Assembly (NCBI GenBank): GCA_014381465.1
Contig: JACNLP010000051.1
Span: forward strand, 689 to 64,688
Source: Flavobacteriales bacterium
GTDB taxonomy: Bacteria; Bacteroidota; Bacteroidia; Flavobacteriales; BACL11
DNA length: 64,000 bases
Direction of reading: 5' to 3'
Positions 28,133 to 38,200 of this stretch are shown here, one piece after another. The translations under genes were made by a program, and so were the position numbers. The notes below the pieces were generated by a model. The model ran no database searches. It was not told where the DNA came from and saw nothing but the letters and a program-made list of their open reading frames with translations. Within the stretch, counting starts at the first letter, position 1; each line of letters begins with the position of its first letter.

Positions 28133-28739
28133 TACTAAAAGTAAATCCTCTTTCTTTTAATGTCTTAATGATTTTTGGGAGTGCATATTGCAATTTTGCA
28201 TAAGATTTTTCATTGTCATGGAGCAGAATAATAGAACCTTTATCTACATTATTTACAATATTAAAATAACACTTTTCTTTTGAGGTGGGTTTTTTAAAGT
28301 CCCAGCCAATCACATCCCACATAATTATTTTATAGAGTTTTTTTAATTTGGAAATTTGCCATGGATAAATCTTGCCAAAAGGAGGACGAAAAAGTTTTGT
28401 GTTGGGGATAATTTTTTGACATTTTTCTATATCGTTAAAATACTTTTTTGTACAAGTAGTAAATCCATTTGGATGTGAGTAGGAGTGATTGCCAATGCTA
28501 TGTTCTTCTTTTTTTATTCTTTGAAAAATATTGGGATGCTTTTCTATTTGCTCTCCCAAGCAAAAAAAAGTCGCTTTTATATTGTTTTTCTTTAATGTAT
28601 CTAAAACAAAAGGAGTGACTTCAGGCGTTGGACCGTCATCAAAAGTAAGCCAAACTTTTTTTTCAATAGTGGAGTTGCTCCAAACTAAAGATGGAAAAAG
28701 TAGAGGTACAATTTTAGGCGTTTTTGCCCCAAAAAACAT
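28122..28739 (-). CDS. NodB/CE4 polysaccharide deacetylase
   Basis: LTFDDGP, H.IGNH.YSH, LFRPPFG, IILLHD. Confidence 0.93.
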   Translation of the reverse strand: MFFGAKTPKIVPLLFPSLVWSNSTIEKKVWLTFDDGPTPEVTPFVLDTLKKNNIKATFFCLGEQIEKHPNIFQRIKKEEHSIGNHSYSHPNGFTTCTKKYFNDIEKCQKIIPNTKLFRPPFGKIYPWQISKLKKLYKIIMWDVIGWDFKKPTSKEKCYFNIVNNVDKGSIILLHDNEKSYAKLQYALPKIIKTLKERGFTFSTIW

Positions 28740-28741
28740 AA

Positions 28742-31700
28742 TTATTTATTTTGTGATTGGATTGCAATAAATTCATCCATAAAAGTATTGATTAAATAAT
28801 CATCTTTATTTATTTCTTCCATCTCCCCATCTTTTTCTCTAAAATATTTTCCATCAGATTTTGAGTATTCATAGCTTAAATCGGTAAGATTAAAGTTTTG
28901 AATAAGCCGAGAAATATTAGAAAGCACAGAGCCAGCAATTTGAATATTTCGGTTCAATCCACCTTTGTCTTTTAAAGCATTTATGTAATTAAACTCAGCT
29001 AAAAAAGTTTCAATCATTTCTGCCAAAACAACATTTCCTTTTTCCTTAGCATCCAACTGGTAATAAGCATTTATCATTGGGAAAGCATATATATTGAATG
29101 GGGCGGTAGTGTTTGGCATTTCCTTCACACACTTGTCTAGTACTATAAGGGCATCTTCTTTTCTTCCTTTGGCAATTAATGCTTCAGCTAATCTTGCAAA
29201 ATTATTTCTAAAATTCATTACCATTCTGGTGTTGGTTTCATCCAAATATACATCTGGATTTTTTAAGCCACCCCAAGTAAATTTATTTATAAGATTATCA
29301 TACATTACATCTACATTTACTTCTCCTGTTTGTCCATCAGGTGATTTTGCAATATAAGGGACTAATTTATAAGCAAGTCCTTCTAGTTGAAAATATTTTT
29401 CTAATCCCATAAAATTATCAGAGCCAACAGTAATAGCAAAATAAATTGGGCGTTCCCAATTGTTGTATGCCAACATATCTAAAACCATTAGCTGATTCTT
29501 ATAAAAACCACCACCTTTTAATTTCCATCTTATTTCTGGGAGTATGTCATCAAACTTTTCAGTAGGCACTAATCCATTTTTCTTTACCTTTTCAATATCT
29601 ACTTTTAGCTTTAGTTTTTTAGCAGGGCTATAATTTCTTTTTCCGGCATTTGTAACTATTTTTGTTTGTTTGTTATCACTACCAATAAAATCAACTATTT
29701 CTTTTACATCTACATAACCGAGTCCTTTATCATTTATCAAAATATAATCTCTCGTTCCTGTTCTGTACTTATCATTAGTAAAAGAAGAAGGAATAGGGGC
29801 TGCATCATAAGTTGCTCGTTTCATTTGGTCGATATACCAAGAGGTGTTAAACAAACTCAAATTCACAATTTTAATATCTGTTCGCAATCCTTCCACTTCT
29901 TGCATATACCAAAGTGGGAAAGTATCATTATCACCATTAGTAAAAAGTATAGCGTTTTTCTCGCAAGAATTTAGGTAATTGGCAGCCACTTCCCTTGCTG
30001 TAAACCTTCCGCTTCTATCATGGTCATCCCAATTTTCACTTGCCATAAGGGTTGGAGCCATCAAAAGTGCAATAACAGTAGCTACTCCTGCACTTGTAGT
30101 AGAGTTCATTTTCTTGCTCAAAAAATCGTAAATTCCTAGAACGCCTAATCCTATCCAAATTGCAAAAGCATAGAATGACCCAACATAGGCGTAATCTCTT
30201 TCTCTTGGTTGAAAAGGAACAACATTTAGATAAATAATAATTAGCACTCCAGTAAAAAGAAAAAACAGTAAAACAACAAAAGCATCTTGTTCATTCTTTT
30301 TAAAATGGAAAAGCATACCGATTAATCCTAAAATAAGAGGTAAGAAATAATAATGATTTTTTCCTTTATTATTTTTCAAATAGTTTGGTAAATCTACTTT
30401 TGATGGCTGTCCAAGCCGAGCATTATCAATAAATCCTATACCGCTTTCCCAATTTCCATGCAGTGAATTTCCAGTCATATTCATAAAATCATTTTGTCTC
30501 CCAGCAAAATTCCACATAAAATATCTTAAATAAGACCAACCAATTTGGTACTTAAAAAAGAAGGATAAATTTTGAGCAAAAGTGGGGGTTTTATCTTTAT
30601 TAGTTTTGCTTAATCCTGCCCAAGATCTATAACCATTTGCATGTCTTGATTGCGTATTAGACCACATTCTTGGGAAAAAGGTTTTATGTCGGCTACTATA
30701 ATTAGGAATTGTATTTTCTCTTTTGTCAATTATTACATACTTTCCCTTTTTTTCATCTTTAGCATAAATAGGATTCCCATCTTTGTAGGGTTCTTTACTA
30801 TCTAATTTTGCATTAAAATATTGCCCATAAACAATGGGCCAACTTCCGTATTGCTCTCTTTTTAGGTAAGATAAGAGCCCAACTGCATCTTCAGGATTAT
30901 TCTCATCAATAGGAGGGTTTGCATTGGAGCGAACTACCAAAATAGCAAATGAAGAATAACCAATAAGTAAAACTGTAAAACCAAGAATAGCTGTATTCCA
31001 AACGGCTTTATTTTGTTTTTTGGTGTATTGCAAGCCAAAGATAATAGCAGTAATTAAAAACACAAAATACAATATTGTTCCTGAATTAAAAGGCAGCCCA
31101 ATGGTGTTTACAAAAAACAGTTCAAAGGAAGAAATTAAACTAATTGCTCCAGGAATAATTACCCCTTGCACTAACCCTAAAAGCACCATAGAAATTATAA
31201 AAGCTTTAATAGCTCCTATTTTAGAGTAGTCATAATTTTTGTAGTAATATATCATTCCCATTGCAGGGATAGTAAGTAGTGAAAGTAAATGCACACCAAC
31301 TGATAAACCAATTAAATAAGCAATTAAAATTAGCCATCTACTGGCATGAGGCTGGTCGGCTTCTCTTTCCCACTTCATAATGCACCAAAAAGTAACTGCT
31401 GTAAAAAAAGAGGACATTGCGTACACCTCACCTTCTACTGCCGAAAACCAAAAAGAATCAGAAAAAGTATATGCTAATGCCCCAACCAGTCCACTTCCTA
31501 AAATAGCATACATTTTACCATTATCTTTTTCTTTACTTTTAGAAAATAATTTTCTTCCAAAAGCAGTTATAGTCCAAAAAAGAAATAAAATGGTAAAGGA
31601 ACTACAAAGTGCAGACATAATATTTATTGCAACTGCAACTTGAGATGTCCCCGGACTTGCAAATAGGGTAAAAATTCTTCCGAATAATTGAAATAAAGGT

Positions 31701-31861
31701 GCCCCAGGAGGGTGTCCTACTTCTAATTTATAAGCAGTTGCAATATATTCTCCGCAATCCCAAAAACTTACGGTTTGCTCGATAGTAGAAAGATAAACAA
31801 ATGAAGCAATTAAGAAAACACTCCAACCTACTATATTGTTTAATTTGGTATAATTTTTCAT
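28742..31861 (-). CDS. DUF2723 multi-pass membrane protein, TMEM260-like GT-C glycosyltransferase
   Basis: SFWDCGEYIATA, VGHPPGAPLF, FWFSAVEGEVYA, RERDYAY, GDNDTFPLWY.QEVEG.R.D; about 11 or more hydrophobic segments and a large soluble C-terminal region. Confidence 0.9.
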   Translation of the reverse strand: MKNYTKLNNIVGWSVFLIASFVYLSTIEQTVSFWDCGEYIATAYKLEVGHPPGAPLFQLFGRIFTLFASPGTSQVAVAINIMSALCSSFTILFLFWTITAFGRKLFSKSKEKDNGKMYAILGSGLVGALAYTFSDSFWFSAVEGEVYAMSSFFTAVTFWCIMKWEREADQPHASRWLILIAYLIGLSVGVHLLSLLTIPAMGMIYYYKNYDYSKIGAIKAFIISMVLLGLVQGVIIPGAISLISSFELFFVNTIGLPFNSGTILYFVFLITAIIFGLQYTKKQNKAVWNTAILGFTVLLIGYSSFAILVVRSNANPPIDENNPEDAVGLLSYLKREQYGSWPIVYGQYFNAKLDSKEPYKDGNPIYAKDEKKGKYVIIDKRENTIPNYSSRHKTFFPRMWSNTQSRHANGYRSWAGLSKTNKDKTPTFAQNLSFFFKYQIGWSYLRYFMWNFAGRQNDFMNMTGNSLHGNWESGIGFIDNARLGQPSKVDLPNYLKNNKGKNHYYFLPLILGLIGMLFHFKKNEQDAFVVLLFFLFTGVLIIIYLNVVPFQPRERDYAYVGSFYAFAIWIGLGVLGIYDFLSKKMNSTTSAGVATVIALLMAPTLMASENWDDHDRSGRFTAREVAANYLNSCEKNAILFTNGDNDTFPLWYMQEVEGLRTDIKIVNLSLFNTSWYIDQMKRATYDAAPIPSSFTNDKYRTGTRDYILINDKGLGYVDVKEIVDFIGSDNKQTKIVTNAGKRNYSPAKKLKLKVDIEKVKKNGLVPTEKFDDILPEIRWKLKGGGFYKNQLMVLDMLAYNNWERPIYFAITVGSDNFMGLEKYFQLEGLAYKLVPYIAKSPDGQTGEVNVDVMYDNLINKFTWGGLKNPDVYLDETNTRMVMNFRNNFARLAEALIAKGRKEDALIVLDKCVKEMPNTTAPFNIYAFPMINAYYQLDAKEKGNVVLAEMIETFLAEFNYINALKDKGGLNRNIQIAGSVLSNISRLIQNFNLTDLSYEYSKSDGKYFREKDGEMEEINKDDYLINTFMDEFIAIQSQNK

Positions 31862-31962
31862 ATTTTTTTCTGATTTTTGAAGTTGCGAATTTAAGAAATA
31901 ATTAATGATTACAAATTAAAACGAAATTATGATAAAATATTTTGTACTTCTTGGTTAATTGT

Positions 31963-31970
31963 TATTTTTG
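31963..31970 (+). promoter_or_regulatory. -7 promoter element for tRNA-Gln
   Basis: TATTTTTG, with TTTG at 31941-31944. Confidence 0.55.
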
Positions 31971-31987
31971 CCGACTATCTAAAAGAA

Positions 31988-32060
31988 TGCCCGATAGTGT
32001 AACTGGCAACACGTCTGTTTTTGGTGCAGAAGAGTCTAGGTTCGAGCCCTAGTCGGGCAA
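31988..32060 (+). tRNA. tRNA-Gln (UUG), CCA not encoded
   Basis: Acceptor TGCCCGA/TCGGGCA, D-stem GTGT/ACAC, anticodon arm TCTGT-TT TTG GT-GCAGA, T-arm CTAGG-TTCGAGC-CCTAG. Confidence 0.97.
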
Positions 32061-32062
32061 CT

Positions 32063-32092
32063 ATTAAAGCACTGCAATTGCAGTGCTTTAAT
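32063..32092 (+). terminator. Perfect 30-bp palindrome, terminator after the tRNA
   Basis: ATTAAAGCACTGCAATTGCAGTGCTTTAAT equals its own reverse complement and is followed by TTT. Confidence 0.75.
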
Positions 32093-32201
32093 TTTGCAAC
32101 TACTCTTTTTTTTCTCCGTTTAACAATCTAGATCTATATTTTTTGTACATTTGTAGCTACATTTTTTTTTAAAACAAGTAAAAAAACAAAAAACAAGTAT
32201 T

Positions 32202-35200
32202 ATGAAAAAGAACTTTACTCAAGGTTTTAAGAGGATAACTTTCGCTTTTACCTTAATTTTATTTGCTCTATCAAGCCAATTAGTCGCTCAAACTTGTACT
32301 CAACCTTCAGGTTTAAATACAACAAATATCTCTAATTTTACGGTAACTGCAAATTGGGATTCTTTAGTTGGTATTGACCATTATAGGTTGAGATATAAAT
32401 TATTTAATGATGTTAGTTGGACATTTAAACAAGGACTTATAGCAGGTAGCGTTATTAATACTAACCTAACAAACTTAACCGCTAATTCATCCTATATTTG
32501 GCAACTAAAAGCATATTGTTCTGTAGGAAATACTAATGGCTCATTATGGTCAGTAGCGGATACATTTATTACTACAAATTACCCGACTGATTGTAATAAT
32601 ACGCCTAACGGAACAGCATATATAGATAGTTGTGGAAATTGTGTTGGGGGAACAACAAATCAATCCCCATGTATTGCTTTTTCTCCAACAATTTCAATAG
32701 CTCTAGCTTCTTTAATTAGTAATGATACCACAACAATTACATTCCAAACAAGTCAGGATCCAAACGAACCTGATATGTCTTCAGCAGTATTTTCTTCAGA
32801 TTCTGGGAGGTTTAATTTTAGTGGACTTAATATAAATGATACAATTGGAAGTAGTTCTGTTGTAGCTGGAGGAGGGTTTGTTACTGTTAATACTACATTA
32901 ATGGTAGATTTTTTCATTAACCCTGACAAACTAGTAGTAAAAGCAGTAGATAATATTAGTGGAGCATTGTATGGTTCTTTTATTATAGAAAATAAAGCGG
33001 GAGGTGGAATACTTGTTACTTCCTCTTCTCCTTCAGACAATAATAATGTAACAAATGGAAATAGTCAAACAATTATTTTAAATAATATGTTTGTAAATCC
33101 TGCCCCGACAACAATAAATTTTGCATCAACTATAACTTCTGATTTAGGAGATGTTGATAATCAAACAACTACCGCTATAATTGTTGATTTATGTATTCCT
33201 ACAACATCTTCAACTACAATAACAGCTTGTGATAGTTATACTTGGAATGCAGTGACATATACAACAAGTGGTACTTATACTGATTCCTTAATAAATGCAG
33301 GGGGTTGTGATAGTATTGCTACATTAAACTTAACGATAAATAGTTCTACAACATCTTCAACTACAATAACAGCATGTGATAGTTATTCTTGGAATGGCTC
33401 TACTTATACTACAGGTGGAGTTTACACTTTTGTAACAACCAATGCAGCTGGATGTGATAGTACAGCTACATTAAACTTAACAATAAATAGTTCTACATCA
33501 TCTTCAACTACAATAACAGCTTGTGATAGTTATACTTGGAATGGATCTACTTATACTACAAGTGGAGTTTACACTTTTGTAACAACCAATGCAGCTGGAT
33601 GTGATAGTACAGCTACATTAAACTTAACAATAAATAGTTCTACATCATCTTCAACTACAATAACAGCTTGTGATAGTTATACTTGGAATGCAGTGACATA
33701 TACAACAAGTGGTACTTATACTGATTCCTTAATAAATGCAGGGGGTTGTGATAGTATTGCTACATTAAACTTAACCATTAATAATAGTATATCTGTTAGT
33801 AATAATGTTACTATATGTGATGGTTCATCTTATATTGTAGGTAACAGTACTTATACAGCTTCAGGAACTTATACCGATACACTTACTACTACAAATAATT
33901 GTGATAGCATTATTACTACTAATTTGAATGTAATTACACTAAGTGTTAGCATTACTGCATCAGGAACAACTAATTTCTGTAGCGGAGATTCAGTTACTTT
34001 ATCAACTACGGCAACTAATGTTACTTTTCAGTGGAATGATGATAATGGGATTATTTCAGGAGCAATATCTTCTAGTTTTGTTGCAACAACAACTGGGAAT
34101 TATTCGCTAACAATTACTGATATAAATGGTTGTAGTGCTACATCTTCAGCAATAAATGTAACGGTAACTACAATTCCTATTCCTACTAATTTAACATCTG
34201 GAAATATTAGTTTTACATCTGCAACATTAAGTTGGGATAATATTCCTTCTATAAGCTTATATGAAATAAGATATAGAGTAAATGCAGGGGCATGGCTGAA
34301 TATTGTTATAAGTAATAATTCAGTAAATAGTAGTGCTTTAACTTCTAATACAACTTATGAGTGGGAAGTAAGAGCAATTTGCCCTAATAATTCTAATCTA
34401 GCATCTGCCTGGAGTGCAACACAAACATTTACAACTCTTGGCTGTACAGATGTAACAGGACTTAATGTTACAAATATTCTGCTAGATAGAGCAACCTTAA
34501 ATTGGAATGCAACCTCTACTGCTAATAGTTATGATATTTTATTTTCGGAAGTAGGTGGAAGCTGGCAATATATTTCTGGGATCCCTACAAATAGTAGATT
34601 AAAAACAGGCTTAAATACAGCTACTTCTTACTTATGGAAAGTAAGAAGTGTTTGTTCAACTGATACATCACTTGTTTCAAACTGGTCGGTAGTAGATACA
34701 TTCTCAACTCCTACTGTTTGTACAACTCCACTTAATACTTCTACTACCGGAGTTGGCTTAACTACAGCAACTTTAAATTGGGATGCTGTAGCTGGAGTTA
34801 GTGAATACATAATAAGAGTAAAAGGAGTTTCAGCAGCTTGGGGTGCTTGGGTGTACGATACCATACTTACAAATTCATATAATGTAAGTGGCTTAAATAG
34901 TGCTACAGCTTATCATTGGCAAGTAAGGGCTGCTTGTAATCCTTTAGGATTTAATAGTTCCGGCTTTACAGGAGCGTCAACCTTTACTACTCTTACTCCT
35001 TGTACTAATCCTGCAGGATTAACAGTAGGTAATGTTACTGCTTTTGATGCAAGTGTAAGTTGGTTAGCATCTATGTCAGCTATTGGTTTTGAAGTATATT
35101 ATAGTGTGCAAGGTTCTGGCGTTTGGGATACCCTTACAACAACTTCTACATCTGTAACAATTAGCGGCTTGGCTTTTGCTACTACTTATGAATGGGGGAT

Positions 35201-38200
35201 AATGTCAATTTGTGCTCTTGGTGGAATAAATAATTCTTCTGTAGTTTTTGGTACACCATTTACGATTGATAATCAGTGTGCTGATCCAACTAACTTAATA
35301 GTGAGTGGTATAACAACTGATGAGGCAACCTTAAATTGGGATGCTTCTACTCTAGTAGATCATTATGATTTGAGATATAGAGAAACAGGAGCAACTTCTT
35401 GGACAACAATTAACAATATTCCAGGAAGCGTAAGTTCAAAAACAGTAACAGGACTAATACTTTCCACTACTTATGAGTGGGAATTGATGGCTATTTGCGA
35501 TTTATTTAACAATATTTCTACTTGGATAGTAGGGTCTAATTTTACAACTTTAAGCTGTCCTGTTCCTACTAATACTACAACTTCAAATATTTTATTAGAT
35601 AGAGCAACAGTTAATTGGAATGCAGTTTCTGGAGCTTACAATTATCAAATAAGATTTAAAGCAATAAGTTCTTCTACTTGGCAAATGGTTTCAAATTTTG
35701 GAACTTCAAGAACAATTGTAGGGCTTTCAGCAAATACTGATTATCATTGGCAAGTACAAACTTTTTGTAATGCTAGCGGAACAAATATTTCAGATTGGTC
35801 AGACACTATTCCATTTACTACTCCTTCTGTTTGTATTACTCCTATAAACTCAACAGCTTCAATTGTAGGATTAGATTTTGCAACATTAACATGGGATTCA
35901 GTTCCTGGAGTAAGCGAGTATATTATTAGAGTAAAAGGAGTTTCAGCCGTTTGGGCTGCTTGGGTTTATGATACTTTAACAACTAATTCTTTTACATCTA
36001 CAGGCCTAAGTAATTCTACCAATTACCATTGGCAAGTAAGAGCTGCTTGTAATCCTTTAGGGTTCAATAGCTCAGGTTTTACAGCTTTCAACTTATTTTC
36101 TACTCTTATTCCTTGTGGAAACCCAACAGCACTTACTGTGGATAGTGTTGGAGTAAATGAAGCTTATTTAAGTTGGGCTTCTCCTGTAGGGGCAGATCAT
36201 TTTGTAGTTTTATACTCTGATTCTGGAAGTGGAGTTTGGAATTCAGTTACAACTACAAATACAAATATAGTGCTTTCAGCTCTTTCAACCTACGCACCTC
36301 ATGAGTGGAAATTGATTGTATTCTGTGACGCAACAGGATTAAATAATTCAGATACAATTACAGGATCTAATTTTACGACAGCTAATCCTTGTACAGTTCC
36401 TAATGGCCTAACAACAACAAATATAGGACTTACTTCTGCTACATTTAATTGGAATGCTGCAGCTTTGGCGCATCATTATGAGTTTAGAAGAAGAGCGCAA
36501 GGAACTACAAATTGGATAACATTACTAAACCTATCGGGAACTAGCATAACTGTAAATACTTTATCTTCAGCAACTACTTATGAGTGGCAAGTAAGAACAA
36601 TTTGTACATTCAATGGTTCATCATTTAGTGATTGGTCTTCAACACAAATGGTAACTACTTTAACTCAGTGTAGTTCAACAACAAATCAAACAACATCAAG
36701 CATAAGTTTAACATCAGCTACTTTAAGTTGGGATGCTGTACCTGGAGCTTGGGGCTACCGTCTAAGATTTAAAGAAACTGCTGCAGCTTTTAGTGCTTGG
36801 CAATACGATACACTACTTTCTCCAACTACATCAATAGTAAAAACAGGATTGACTCCTGGAGTTGATTATCATTGGCAAGTACTTACAATGTGCGAATCTT
36901 CTGGGATAAATAACTCTTCATTCTCAGCACTTGAAAATTTCACTACAATAGCATTATGTGCTAATCCTACTAATTTATCAGTATCTCAAATTACTTTAAC
37001 ATCTGCAAAGCTCAATATGTTTGGGCCGAATAATCCTGATCATTATTATGTGCTTTATAAAGAGATTTCTGCTGTTGTTTGGGATACTATAGTTTTATCA
37101 GGAGCTGATATTTCAGCTGGTGCTGCATCAAAAATAGTAACAGGGTTAAATCCAGCCACTACTTACCAGTGGAAATCCCAAACATCATGTCAGGCAGATG
37201 ATAGTAATTTGTCTGCATTTGTATCTGGACCTAACTTTACGACTATTACTCCTTGTGAAGTGCCAACAAACCTTACTTCAACAGTAAATGGACAAGATGT
37301 AACATTTAATTGGAATGCAGTTGCTGGAGCAGTGTTTTATACAGCAAAATACCGACAATTAGGAGGCAACTGGCAAACGGTTTCTAATTTATCTACCGCA
37401 ACTTATTCTGTTACTAATTTGGGTTATGGATTGTCTTTCGAATGGCAAGTATCCTCACATTGTGATTTTATGGGATTAAATGTTTCTACATTTAGTGCAA
37501 GTGATACTTTTACAACTGCAAGCTGTCCCTTACCAACTAATATTACTGTAACTAATATACAAACCGATAGAGTAACAGTTGCTTGGACTAACGATCCTTC
37601 AGTGAATCATTATGCAGCAAGGGTAAGAGAAGCTGGTACTATAATTTGGACTAAGGATATTACACATATATTTGGTAGTAATAAAACAGTAACGGGTTTA
37701 AGTGATGGAGTAACTTACGAATTCCAAATTCGATCTGCCTGTACAAATGATACCTCTAATGTATCTGCTTGGACAGCAATGCAAACTTTTACTACATTAA
37801 CAAATTGTAATACAAAACCAACATTCCTTACAACTTCTAACATTACTTTAACTTCTGCCGATTTATCTTTTACCGGGACGATAAATGCTATTAAATATAT
37901 AGTGAGGTTTAAAGAGAGTTCAGCAGCATGGGGAGCTTGGCAGATCGACACTTTATCTGCGCCATTGGTTAGTTTAAGTAAAACAGGACTTACTGCTGGA
38001 ACGAATTACCATTGGCAAGTAATGGCAGTGTGTGATAATGCAGGAACAAATGTATCTGCTTGGTCAAACTATGAAACATTTACTACAAATCAGCCGTGTT
38101 CATCTCCAACAGGATTAAGTGTTTTACAATCGTTAATGACTACATCTTCAGCTTCTTTGCGTTGGTTTGGTCCTATGAATACACCTTATTATGTAATGTT

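Noticed and set aside
32063-32092. Perfect 30-bp palindrome as a recombination or operator site
   Set aside because: Its position 2 nt after the tRNA and the trailing T residues are fully explained by an intrinsic terminator.
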